Source: an uncultured Chloroflexia bacterium (GTDB lineage: Bacteria > Chloroflexota > Limnocylindria > Limnocylindrales > CSP1-4). From it: a stretch of 64,000 nt of DNA. A program made the translations under genes and the position numbers. The notes beneath the pieces were generated by a model, which saw only the letters and a program-made list of their open reading frames with translations, ran no database searches and was not told the origin of the DNA. Location: NCBI GenBank assembly GCA_963720755.1, contig CAVRGP010000011.1, forward strand, positions 96,001 through 160,000. Direction: 5' to 3'. This document shows positions 33,483-42,683 of this stretch, in pieces; position 1 is the first letter of the stretch, and each line of letters starts with the position of its first letter.

Positions 33483-34211
33483 TCAGCGGACCGCCACGAG
33501 GTCCTTCAAACCGTCGAATGTCTTCTGCCCGACCAGCCCGCGGGTCCGGAGGTCGTCGACGGCGATGAACGACTGCGCGTTCCGCGAGGCCAGGATCTTC
33601 GCGGCTGTCACGGGGCCGATCCCGGGGAGCGTGTCGAGCTCCGCCTCGGTCGCATGATTCAGGTCGATCGGCCCAGTCGTCGACGGATCGCCGGCGGTGC
33701 CGGGCCCGCTTGCCGGGAGGGTGCCGGTATCCGGCGGATCGTCGCGGGATGGCACCCGGATCTGGTCGCCATCGTGGAGCGGTGCGGCCAGATTGAGTTG
33801 GCGCGTCGCCCGATCCGTATCGACCCTCGGACCGTATCCTCCGGCGGCCGCCACCAGGTCACCGATCCGCGCGTCCGTCGCGACGCGGTAGACGCCCGGG
33901 TGGTCCACCGCACCGACGATCTCGACGATCAAGACCGAGACATCGCCGGCCGCGGGCAACCCACCTGCCACAGGTCCGGATCCAGACGTCACCGGTCCCA
34001 GCGGCGCCGCGCCATCCACGACCACGTCGCCCGAGGTGCCGGCACCGAGCGCCACCACGATGGCCGCGATCGCCAGGATCGCGGCCAACCCGGCCGTCAG
34101 GACGGCCGAGCGAGGAACCGCGCCGATCCCGCCCGGGGCCGGGGCCGGTTCGGATGCCTTGGGTCCGGGCGCATCCTCAAGGACGCGCCACGGTGTCGCG
34201 CTCGGGTCCAC
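33483..34211 (-). CDS. comEA: DNA-binding competence protein ComEA
   Basis: TM helix, SLBB (GAVDHPGVY, LNLAAPL.DGDQI.VP) and HhH (LPGIGP) motifs. Confidence 0.93.
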   Translation of the reverse strand: MDPSATPWRVLEDAPGPKASEPAPAPGGIGAVPRSAVLTAGLAAILAIAAIVVALGAGTSGDVVVDGAAPLGPVTSGSGPVAGGLPAAGDVSVLIVEIVGAVDHPGVYRVATDARIGDLVAAAGGYGPRVDTDRATRQLNLAAPLHDGDQIRVPSRDDPPDTGTLPASGPGTAGDPSTTGPIDLNHATEAELDTLPGIGPVTAAKILASRNAQSFIAVDDLRTRGLVGQKTFDGLKDLVAVR

Positions 34212-34263
34212 GCATCGATCTCCCTCGGCGGGATGGTCGTGCGATCAAGTGTCCGAATCGATG

Positions 34264-34345
34264 GACGTCTCGCCGCGATGGGGGCACTTCCGACGCGGCG
34301 AGACGTCTGACCTGACTCTAGCCAGTGCCCGTTAGCTGCGACTTA
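34264..34345. repeat. Box + promoter + hairpin element, copy 1 (upstream of comEA)
   Basis: Perfect 14-bp stem GACGTCTCGCCGCG/CGCGGCGAGACGTC (34264-34307) and box GTTAGCTGCGACTTA (34331-34345). Confidence 0.9.
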
Positions 34346-34443
34346 TCGACACCGACCGACGCGACTTGGGAGCCGTCGACAGGGGTATCATCGCGACCGC
34401 GCGCACCTCCCTAATTGCCCGGAGATATCGAGAGGATCTCAGT

Positions 34444-34487
34444 AATGCCGGTGGCTACCCGATTGAATGCCGGTGGCTACCCGATTG
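34444..34487. repeat. Exact 22-bp tandem duplication
   Basis: AATGCCGGTGGCTACCCGATTG at 34444 and 34466. Confidence 0.95.
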
Positions 34488-34803
34488 GCTGCCACACCAC
34501 CCAAAACAAAACGACGGCCACATATGTGGCAAGCACCCCGACGCCGCACAAGACGACGCCAACAACGACTCCTTCGATCACCTCGCTAGGCGTCGCGGCT
34601 CGAATTCGTATCAACCCGATGCTTAGGGCGACCGTCACTAGCACGCCAAGCCATAGGGCCGGGGACGTGAGCCACGGGATGTAGTCCCAGGCCCCGGCAA
34701 CGATCGCGACGATTCCGCCTATAGCCACCGGCAGGCTGAGCAGAATGTCCCGTGCGATCCTACGTGAGGTAGGTTTGTCGACGCCGCGGTCGATGGTCGT
34801 CAT
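34477..34803 (-). CDS. Small 3-TM hypothetical protein
   Basis: 108-aa ORF with three hydrophobic segments, last gene of a co-oriented cluster. Confidence 0.6.
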   Translation of the reverse strand: MTTIDRGVDKPTSRRIARDILLSLPVAIGGIVAIVAGAWDYIPWLTSPALWLGVLVTVALSIGLIRIRAATPSEVIEGVVVGVVLCGVGVLATYVAVVLFWVVWQPIG

Positions 34804-34818
34804 CGCAACCCCAAATAC

Positions 34819-35214
34819 TCATGACGGTGGGTCTCCGGTCTCCTGACCTCGCACGGTCCCGTCGCATGCTGGGAGAGGTTCGGCAGGCGGCTTGCTGTCA
34901 GAGTAGATAGCACCCTCGTTGGTCACCATTTCATAGGCCGGATCGACGCGAGACGGATCGGAACCCCCACCTCCGTGGCGGGCAATGAACCGACCTAAAT
35001 CGTCAACGATGTCGTAACGATTGAGGACGAATTTGGTCGCCTCGGCGTGTCCACACGCAGGCACGTCCAAATTCTCATTTCTACCAACAACCGCTATTGC
35101 GGTTTCCGTTCGATTCCAAACTTCCAGTTTGCCGACATAGGTCGGTTCGATCGAGCATGCCCCAACGACGCCCAGCAGCACACTAAGGACGCCGAGCGCC
35201 ATTGAGGGTTTCAT
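34819..35214 (-). CDS. Putative lipoprotein
   Basis: MKPSMALGVLSVLLGVVGAC lipobox; ATGA overlap with the upstream gene. Confidence 0.7.
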   Translation of the reverse strand: MKPSMALGVLSVLLGVVGACSIEPTYVGKLEVWNRTETAIAVVGRNENLDVPACGHAEATKFVLNRYDIVDDLGRFIARHGGGGSDPSRVDPAYEMVTNEGAIYSDSKPPAEPLPACDGTVRGQETGDPPS

Positions 35215-35588
35215 GGCCGTGTGTCCATGCCACTTAGGTCGACATCGGGATAGATATTCGGGTATCCATCCTGGTACACGCAGACAACGTGTTGAAATGT
35301 TGCTCCCGTTCGAAACCAAGTGTAGTCGCCGCGAAAGACGACTACCAATGCTGGCTGATCGTTCTGGAGCTCAGGGGCACCAAATGCGGCTGGAAAATGT
35401 CTCCAGAAGTTCTTAGCTCGATCCAAGTCGAACGTAGCCAGGACCTGGTTCCCGCGCGTGCTGGCGCCGCATTCGGCAACGCGCGGGTCATCCGATAGAT
35501 CCGTCCCAGCCTGGGATACGCCAATCGCTACGAAGAGACCAGCACAAGCGAGGCCCACTGCGGCACTCGCGATTCCTTTGGCTTTCAT
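35211..35588 (-). CDS. Putative secreted protein
   Basis: Signal peptide MKAKGIASAAVGLACAGLFVAIGVSQA; TGATG overlap with the upstream gene. Confidence 0.7.
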   Translation of the reverse strand: MKAKGIASAAVGLACAGLFVAIGVSQAGTDLSDDPRVAECGASTRGNQVLATFDLDRAKNFWRHFPAAFGAPELQNDQPALVVVFRGDYTWFRTGATFQHVVCVYQDGYPNIYPDVDLSGMDTRP

Positions 35589-36298
35589 CACTGCACCGTC
35601 CACGTTTCCACGGAATCACCGGTTCCATTGCACTTGTATTTCGACGCGTTGCCGCCATCGTTGATGTTGCAGCTGTTGTTGCTCACGGACGTCCAGCCTC
35701 CGCCGTTGGAGTTCTGGTACTGCATGTGGCGGATCAGATAGTGAGAGCCTGCGTTTCCGCCATTGGAATCCCCGTCGTTCCAGGTTTCCGTGAACCACGT
35801 AGCACTCGCGGGTGTCCAAGAACAGCTCGTGTACGAATACGGGATGGAGATCTTGGCATTCCCCTTCCAGGAAAGAATCCAGTTCGCGCCGACCCTGGAC
35901 ACTTTGGCATCACCGGATGATCCATCCCACGTGGAAATCTCCTGCGGAAACGGAAGGTGTGCCAAACATGTGACGCCGTTGGCCTCCCTGCCCCAGGCGA
36001 AGAGAAGCTTCTTGTTGCCATCGCACTCGCCACTGAGTGGCTTCCGACAGCGCCCGAGACCAATCTGAACGATGCTGCTTGCGCCATTACCACCTTGGAT
36101 ATTCGACCAGGCGAATGAGCCGGCTACGGTGGTCGGAGTCGGATTGGTACAGATCGTGAGCGATCCGGATGCAAACCTGAGGGGACCCGTTGGGCGGGCG
36201 ATGTCAATCGCACGATTTCTCGCAATGGACCCGATCGGAATTCGAACGCTCGCCAGCAGGCGATTCGCCGCTGCAGCTGAATCACGAAGACACTCCAA
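35588..36298 (-). CDS. Cys/Gly/Asn-rich protein, possibly glutamic peptidase (G1/neprosin)-like; true start uncertain
   Basis: AW..IQG...SIVQIG and SATWFTE motifs; no clear signal peptide. Confidence 0.5.
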   Translation of the reverse strand: MECLRDSAAAANRLLASVRIPIGSIARNRAIDIARPTGPLRFASGSLTICTNPTPTTVAGSFAWSNIQGGNGASSIVQIGLGRCRKPLSGECDGNKKLLFAWGREANGVTCLAHLPFPQEISTWDGSSGDAKVSRVGANWILSWKGNAKISIPYSYTSCSWTPASATWFTETWNDGDSNGGNAGSHYLIRHMQYQNSNGGGWTSVSNNSCNINDGGNASKYKCNGTGDSVETWTVQ

Positions 36299-36669
36299 GA
36301 CCTAAGGGCTTTGATCTCAACCCAACCGAGGAGCATCGGACGCTAAGCGAATGGCTCACCTTCCTCTCGACGTTTCCGGCGATGGACGGCTGAAACACTA
36401 GGCTGGCGCACTTATCTGTCACTTACCTCCGCCGGATCGTTGGTGAGTGTGCAGCGATCGCCGGACTCACCGACGCGTGGGTTATGCGGCGAGTGGTTGC
36501 GGTGTCCGTTGGCAGCCCTTGATCCTTGTGGCGGACATGCCCCGGGGCCCGCCCAGGGTCGCGTTTCGGACGTAGCGCGGAGGATGGCGCTGATCTACGA
36601 GCCGAGCGCCACAGCGGCTGCCGTACGACCGTCTTCCGCATGGAGAATCGATCCTAGCCAGGGGCAACT

Positions 36670-37683
36670 GTGAAGATCACCGGCCTTATGTCGATCGCGT
36701 TGCTGGTAGGCGCATGCGCGGCACCGACGTTGACAACAGAGCCATCGTCACCCGCGATTGCGCCCTCAGCTTCTCCGATGCCCACGGAGTCGCCACAAGC
36801 CTCGGAGCCAGCATCGGCGAACCCGGAGCTCGCGTCCGGGTCGCCGAGTCCGTTGACGTCGAGCCCGGCCCCAAGCCCGACAATGGATGCCTCTCCATCA
36901 CCGACATCGTCACCCACCGTCACGCCGACGCCGTCGTCCGACGCCCGTTTCGTGGAGATTGCACTCGCGTACGCGTCGCGCGCCGGGTTCGAGCTGGCCG
37001 CCGATTCGCGGCCGAGGGTCCGCGAAGAGCAACCCTCCTATGAGCGGGTGACGCTGCACCGGGTGTCGCTGCGTCTCGCTCGCGCCGACGGCGCCAAACT
37101 CTGGGTCTACCTCGACGACGACGGCGCGATCAAGGTCGTCGAGGACGGCCTCTATGACCGACCGACGGGTGCGACCGCGTCGCGGACGGAGGTCCTCCGA
37201 GCGGCCCGTCGCGATCTGCGACAGATCGGCGTCGACCCGGCGAGCGGCACGCTGCACGTCGCCTTGCACGGCGCTGGTCACTGGTACCTGACGTTCGATC
37301 GTGAGCTCGCTGGCTACCCCGTGGCCAACGCACCGATGGCGTGGTGGATCACCGGCGACAAGGCGTATCTCGAACTGCGGTCCGATGCCTCGCTCGTCAA
37401 CCTGTACGCGATCCGGCCCAGGCACCTGCCGGTCCCAGCGATCCTCGACCAGGACACGCTCACCAGTCGGCTGGCCAAGGTAGCCAAGGTCTCGCGCGCC
37501 ACGCTCGCGACCTACGAACCGGTCCTGCTTTGGGCCCTCGTGCCATCAGGAACCCTCACGCCGACGGAGCTCGCGCTGACTCTCAACTACTGCGCCACGA
37601 TGCGGACCGACTACAGCTGGCAGGTCTGGTGCATCGACGCGGGTACTGGTGAGCGGACCATCGCCGGTGGTGCGGCCGACTAA
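36670..37683 (+). CDS. Lipoprotein with Pro/Ser/Thr-rich linker
   Basis: MKITGLMSIALLVGAC lipobox followed by a long SPSP/TPTP tract. Confidence 0.75.
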   Translation: MKITGLMSIALLVGACAAPTLTTEPSSPAIAPSASPMPTESPQASEPASANPELASGSPSPLTSSPAPSPTMDASPSPTSSPTVTPTPSSDARFVEIALAYASRAGFELAADSRPRVREEQPSYERVTLHRVSLRLARADGAKLWVYLDDDGAIKVVEDGLYDRPTGATASRTEVLRAARRDLRQIGVDPASGTLHVALHGAGHWYLTFDRELAGYPVANAPMAWWITGDKAYLELRSDASLVNLYAIRPRHLPVPAILDQDTLTSRLAKVAKVSRATLATYEPVLLWALVPSGTLTPTELALTLNYCATMRTDYSWQVWCIDAGTGERTIAGGAAD

Positions 37684-37791
37684 CCGCAACGTTTGCCGGG
37701 GAGCACCCTGGGTGGTCGACCTGAGATCGTCCCTCCGGGCGCGGAGCGCGACCCGATGACCCGAGGGTAGGAACCTCTGCTTACGCGGCGC

Positions 37792-38673
37792 TTACTTGTG
37801 CCGCTCCTCGCCCGAGGTGAGGCGCACGATCAACGCGCCGACGACATGCACGATGAGCCAGGCGTCTTCGCGCTTGGCCTCCGTCGCGTGGTGGGCATCG
37901 CCCATCTCACTTCGGTCAGCGGCCACCCACTGCATCGTCTTCTCGATGGCATCAACGAGCGGGGTGTCGTGGGCGCCCAATAGGCCCTTCTTCTTTGCCG
38001 ATCGCGTGAGATCGCCGAGTTGGTTGCCGTCGCATCCGAGCGCTTCGAGAACCTCTTGAAGGGTGGAGCCTGCGTCCGTGATCGCGTCGGCGGCCTTGCC
38101 TTGCGCGAGTTCATCGAGCGCCTCGCGGTACTGCTTGTCCGCCTTGGCAAACTCCGGACGGTGGAGGAGGCGAAGCGCCGGTTCGATCGCCGCGACGTGC
38201 AACTCCTTGGAGTGGATCTCGACCATGCGCCCGTCGATCACCTCCCACCCGACACGCTCCTGCGCGAGGATGTCGTTGATCTCCTTCGACAGCGCCTCTG
38301 CCCAGCGGAACGGATACGAGCGGTATGACTGCTGGGCTTCGGTGTTGTCACCTGCCTCGACCGCCCCAAGGAGCGCCTCGATGACGGTCGGAAACATGTC
38401 GTCCGGACATTGCTGGAAGTAACGGAAGAAGTCGTCAGCGGGCTTCGTGGCGCCGGGAACCAGCGCGAACTTTCCCTCCTGCTCAACGATCCGCCGCCGC
38501 GCCTCCGCGAAGATGGCGGTCGGCGTGACGTACATGGCGCCACCGACGATCCGCTGGTAGACGTGCAGGATGCGGGTACGGGCACGCTCCGAGAACGCCG
38601 GGGTCCAGAGCGACTCGCCAGCAGCCTCGCGTTCGGCGAACTCTTGAAGTCGTTTCCTGAGGGAGTGCAGCAC
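37792..38673 (-). CDS. Abortive-infection-like protein (AbiJ/Abi_C, HEPN-like C-terminus)
   Basis: EINDIL..ERVGWE, IEPALRLL, YREALD..AI.DAG and R-x6-H (RSEMGDAH) patterns; TAGACT 6 nt before GTG. Confidence 0.65.
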   Translation of the reverse strand: MLHSLRKRLQEFAEREAAGESLWTPAFSERARTRILHVYQRIVGGAMYVTPTAIFAEARRRIVEQEGKFALVPGATKPADDFFRYFQQCPDDMFPTVIEALLGAVEAGDNTEAQQSYRSYPFRWAEALSKEINDILAQERVGWEVIDGRMVEIHSKELHVAAIEPALRLLHRPEFAKADKQYREALDELAQGKAADAITDAGSTLQEVLEALGCDGNQLGDLTRSAKKKGLLGAHDTPLVDAIEKTMQWVAADRSEMGDAHHATEAKREDAWLIVHVVGALIVRLTSGEERHK

Positions 38674-38952
38674 CCAATGAGTCTACCGATCCGTCATCAC
38701 CATCAGCGTTGTCGCTGACCCGTCCAGCGCGGTCGCTGCGCGTCGCTGACGATCGATCCGACCACAGACAGGGGAACGTCAGAGCAACCGCCTTGTGACC
38801 GATCGTCTGGGTCGATGAAACGGAGAGGACGCGGGCAGGAGGCAACCCGCCGTCAGCGTCGTCTGGTTGTCGCCGGTCTTCACCAGCGCCAGTTCCTTCC
38901 ACAGGGGGTAACGCTGGCCCGTAAACGCGCGAGCGCGCGGACCGAGATCCAC

Positions 38953-39033
38953 CGTCTCGCCGCGATGGGGGCACTTCCGACGCGGCGAGACGTCACCGGA
39001 CGACTATGGAGGGAGCCTGTTAGCTGCGACTTA
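38953..39033. repeat. Box + promoter + hairpin element, copy 2
   Basis: 38953-38994 is identical to 34266-34307; the identical 15-bp box is at 39019-39033. Confidence 0.9.
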
Positions 39034-39068
39034 ACGACGCCGGACGTCGATGACGTGAACCTGCCCCG

Positions 39069-39875
39069 TCAGGGTGCCTGATCGATCGCATTCGCCGCGT
39101 CGAACCTGACCGTCTTGAGGACGGCTTCGAACAGGGCGCGGTCGACGTGGCCATCCATGATGAAGATGTAGCCGCGGCCGCCGGTCGCGACGGCTGCGTC
39201 GAAGATCACGCCTCCGGTCGCGACCGTCCCACCCTCAGCCGACAGGCCATCCTCATCGACATTGCCGGTCTGGTCGCCGATAGCGATCACGCGACCGCAC
39301 GCCGTCTTCGTCGTCCCCGACCGGCAGTACGGTGCCAGCCAGTCTGACGGGCTCTGGCCGCTGAGGGGTTGTGAGGCGATCGCCAGTGTGACCTCGGCAT
39401 TGCCGATCCTGTCGAGGCCCGGGTCGTCGGCCAGGATGTCGATGCCCGTCGTCCACGGCGCGGTCGCGGGGGTGAACGTCCAGTCGGACGGCACGGTCAC
39501 GCTGTAGCCGTGCCTCGATGACGTGATGACCTGGGTCAGCGCAGGGATCGGGATCGTCGTCGCCGCCGCAGATGGCGCGGTCGTCGGAGCGACAGATGCC
39601 GACGGTGTTGCCGCGGCCCCGCCAACGGCCGGCTGGCCGGGTCTGCCGAAGAAGAGCAGGGTGCCGCCGAACACCAGCACGCCGATGACGGCCGCTGTGG
39701 CGATGCGCGCGGGAGTGGTCATGGTGGGCAACCTCCACGGCACGCCAAAGGTGCGCCGTTGTCGAGTCAGGTGGACCTGGTCGACGGCCGCGTCGATGAC
39801 CCGATCCGATAGCTCCTCGGGGCCGTCGGCCAGCCAGGCCCGTACGATCCGGTCGAGATCTCGATCCGTGGTCAT
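39069..39875 (-). CDS. Putative anti-sigma factor (cytoplasmic N-domain, TM, extracellular domain)
   Basis: ATGA overlap with the ECF gene; single TM followed by an Ala/Thr/Pro linker. Confidence 0.7.
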   Translation of the reverse strand: MTTDRDLDRIVRAWLADGPEELSDRVIDAAVDQVHLTRQRRTFGVPWRLPTMTTPARIATAAVIGVLVFGGTLLFFGRPGQPAVGGAAATPSASVAPTTAPSAAATTIPIPALTQVITSSRHGYSVTVPSDWTFTPATAPWTTGIDILADDPGLDRIGNAEVTLAIASQPLSGQSPSDWLAPYCRSGTTKTACGRVIAIGDQTGNVDEDGLSAEGGTVATGGVIFDAAVATGGRGYIFIMDGHVDRALFEAVLKTVRFDAANAIDQAP

Positions 39876-40423
39876 GCCAGACGCTCCATCGTGGTCACGA
39901 TCCGGGCATCGGCGTCGAGCGCCGCCCGGAGCGTTTTGGTGGTGTAGTGCATGCGAGACTTGACCGTGCCCAGGGGAACGCCGAGCTCGTCGGCGATCTC
40001 GGCCAGGGTCAGGCCCACGTAGTGGTGCAGCACAAAGATCGCGCTCTGCTCCGGCGACAGGCGTCGGAACGCCCGCTCGAGGCGGTCGCGATCGATGACG
40101 GTCGCGATGTCGTCGCGCCCTTCCGGCCCCTCGGTCGGCAGGATGCGGACATTGGCCGCCCAGGCACGACGTCGCCTCGCCTCCGCGTAGCACGCGTGGA
40201 CCAGGATGCGCCGCAGCCAGGCCTCGAACCGGTCGTCATCGCGCAGCATCGGCAGCTCACGCCAGGCCGTGACGAGGGTCTGCTGGACGGCGTCCTCGGC
40301 TCGGTCGACGTCGCGCAGGATCCTGTACGCGATCGCCATCAGCCGGTCGCCGACCGCGCGTGCGAGGTCGGCGAACGCTTCCTCATCCCCTCGTCGGGCC
40401 AGGTCCACGAGTGCTCGCTGCAC
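39872..40423 (-). CDS. ECF sigma factor
   Basis: GDEEAF, AEDAVQ, WLRRI and EIADELGVPLGTVKSR motifs. Confidence 0.93.
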   Translation of the reverse strand: MQRALVDLARRGDEEAFADLARAVGDRLMAIAYRILRDVDRAEDAVQQTLVTAWRELPMLRDDDRFEAWLRRILVHACYAEARRRRAWAANVRILPTEGPEGRDDIATVIDRDRLERAFRRLSPEQSAIFVLHHYVGLTLAEIADELGVPLGTVKSRMHYTTKTLRAALDADARIVTTMERLA

Positions 40424-40642
40424 CCGGCCCTCCCTTCTACAAGCGTCCGACCTGGACGCATCAACCCTAATGAGTCATCGCGCCCGCCGATGGTTCGATC
40501 TTCGCTCGCTGCGGTCGTCGAACGAGAACCGGGCATCCGACCAGCGGCCCCGACTGGTTTCCGCGCCGTTGACCGTGAGATGGTGCAACTGCGAGCGCGC
40601 TCGGGATATCTTCAGGTCCACAGGGTCCAAAAGGGGAATGAA

Positions 40643-41263
40643 ATGCGCTCGTCGACTGCACGCCTCGCCGCCGCGATCACCGTCGCCATCTTCGTCGTGT
40701 TCGGATGCGCGTCAGCCAGGAACCCGACCCCGGTCGTGACGTCGACCCTGCCAACGACCCCGACCCCGACCCCGCCGCCGCCCACCAGCGCGCCCCCGGC
40801 TCCCGTCGCGACACCGACCCCAACGCCTGCGACGACCGTCATCCCGACCGCGTCGGCGGACGCCACGCCCCGCGTGGTCGAGCTGACTGCGATCCTCGCT
40901 GTTGCCGAGGCCGATCGGTTCGAGACCTTCGGCGGAGAGGCCATCCGCCTCGAACACGTCTGGTCTCCAACGATGGATCTCGGTCTTGGGGGTACGTGCG
41001 GTCCCAGCTCCGTGCCATGGCTCGAATGTCTCGGTGTCCCGGACTGGTTGATCCAACCCGCCTCGGACGACGCCGGCTACGACGGCGCGCGACTCGGCAT
41101 CCTGTACGAGCCGGGTCTGGGCGAGCGGCTCGCCCTGGGCGAGGGCCCCGTGGACGTGATCGGCCACTTCGGCGACCCCGCCTCGAAGCAATGCCGTCCG
41201 AAAGATCGTGCTGCGTGTCGTGATCGGTTCGTCGTCACCAGCATCGAGAAGGCCGGGTCCTAG
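40643..41263 (+). CDS. Lipoprotein with Pro/Thr linker and Cys-containing domain
   Basis: Lipobox VFGC; GHFGDPASKQC...CRDRFVVT. Confidence 0.7.
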   Translation: MRSSTARLAAAITVAIFVVFGCASARNPTPVVTSTLPTTPTPTPPPPTSAPPAPVATPTPTPATTVIPTASADATPRVVELTAILAVAEADRFETFGGEAIRLEHVWSPTMDLGLGGTCGPSSVPWLECLGVPDWLIQPASDDAGYDGARLGILYEPGLGERLALGEGPVDVIGHFGDPASKQCRPKDRAACRDRFVVTSIEKAGS

Positions 41264-41279
41264 CCAGGTATCTGTCGCC

Positions 41280-41717
41280 TCAAGCGCGGCGGTAGTCGAT
41301 CTCCCAGGCCACGATCCAGGTGGCCCGGTCATCGGCCGAGCGCTGCCATTGCCAGCGGAACGAGTCCTCGGTGACATCGAGCCAGACCATCCGCTGGACG
41401 ATCCTGGCTCCGTCGATCCTGGCCTCGCGTTCGAAGGCGATGCGTCCATCGACGTCGACGCCGACGAGATCGAGATAGGCGCCGGTCGAATCGACCCAGG
41501 TTTGGCGCCAGCGGCCGTCCCTGGCGTCCAGTACAGACAGGCTGCGTCCCTTGAGTGTGTCGTCGTCGTCGCGGCCATCGAACGTTTCCTCGATGACACG
41601 CTCGTCCAGGATCCGACGGATCGTGTTCGTACCGTGACCGCCGCCGGCCCAGGTCACGATCCATCGCCCGAGCCAGAAATCGAGCGCCGTCGCGCCGAGC
41701 GGATCGACGGGGGTCAT
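41280..41717 (-). CDS. Hypothetical beta-barrel protein (DUF1579-like)
   Basis: LDFWLGRW, WRQTWVDS.G and FRWQWQRS.D..TW patterns. Confidence 0.7.
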   Translation of the reverse strand: MTPVDPLGATALDFWLGRWIVTWAGGGHGTNTIRRILDERVIEETFDGRDDDDTLKGRSLSVLDARDGRWRQTWVDSTGAYLDLVGVDVDGRIAFEREARIDGARIVQRMVWLDVTEDSFRWQWQRSADDRATWIVAWEIDYRRA

Positions 41718-41802
41718 GCGATCGAGTGGGGGCTGGCGCCATCGTGCCACGATACACGCACTCGCCCTGCGCGAACCTCCTGGCCATGTGACGATCATGG
41801 CC

Positions 41803-42258
41803 ATGACCTTCGTCCCTGACGACTTCACACCGCCCGACGGGCTCGATCACGAGCGGTTCCGGTTGCGTCCGCTCGGCCCGGAACACAACGGTTCGGACTA
41901 CGCGGCGTGGACCTCATCCATCGACCACATCCTGGCGACGCCAGGGTTCGAAGGGGCATCCTGGCCGCGGCCGATGACCCTCGCGGAGAACCTCGGCGAC
42001 CTCGAGCGCCATGCGGCCGATTTCGAGGCGCGCACGGGCTTCACCTACACGGTTCTGGCGACCTCGGGGTCAACGGTCATCGGCTGTGTATACATCTACC
42101 CGAGTGAGGCGGTCGGGATCGACGCTCGGGTTCGATCATGGGTACGGGCGGCCGATGCCGATCTGGATACCGCCCTGTATCTGGCGGTGAAGGAATGGCT
42201 GCGGATCGACTGGCCATTCGAGCGGATCGATTACGCGGAACGACCCTCAGGCGGGTAG
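41803..42258 (+). CDS. GNAT-family N-acetyltransferase
   Basis: LRPLGPEH..DYAAW, GFTYTVL, IGCVYIYP and SWVRA patterns. Confidence 0.75.
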   Translation: MTFVPDDFTPPDGLDHERFRLRPLGPEHNGSDYAAWTSSIDHILATPGFEGASWPRPMTLAENLGDLERHAADFEARTGFTYTVLATSGSTVIGCVYIYPSEAVGIDARVRSWVRAADADLDTALYLAVKEWLRIDWPFERIDYAERPSGG

Positions 42259-42658
42259 CCGCTCCCAGTCGACCCAGGCGATGCCGTCCCAGAAGCGATG
42301 CCACGATCGATCCGTCCCGGCCGGGTGCCCAGACATCGATCCGGTCCGCGCTCCATGAAGACGCGGAGGGCGAGCCGGAGGCGTCCAGGACGCCGCCGAG
42401 CGACTCCCACGGATGCCAGGCGCTACCGTCCCAGTATCGGTTCCAGAGTTCGCCGTCGGCGAAGACGGCGAAGACTTGCAGCCGATCGGGTGCCCAGGCT
42501 GTCGCGGCCGGGGGCGAGGCCAGGGTCCCGCCGAGAGATTCCGTCTCGGCCCAACGACCACCGTCGAAGGCCCGATGCCGCAGACCATCGTCGTCGCCGG
42601 ACCAGAACAGGTCGATCCGGTCCGGACCCCACGAGACTGCCGACACGCCATTGGTCAC
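42247..42658 (-). CDS. Trp-rich lectin-type beta-propeller repeat protein (3 repeats), one frameshift near 42305
   Basis: SWGPDRIDLF, AWAPDRLQVF and SWSADRIDVW repeats with ESLGG; C-terminal WHRFWDG is in another frame; SD GGAGG. Confidence 0.7.
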
Positions 42659-42683
42659 GAGGCTTCCTCCATATGGAGGAAGC

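Noticed and set aside
34261-34335. Leader peptide MDVSPRWGHFRRGETSDLTLASAR over the hairpin
   Set aside because: Its start codon and 3' half are not conserved in copy 2.
34240-39033. Integron attC sites (GTTAGCT at 34331 and 39019, GTTATGC at 36481, near hairpins)
   Set aside because: No complementary RYYYAAC box at the symmetric position, the stems lack the expected extrahelical bases, and no integron integrase is present.
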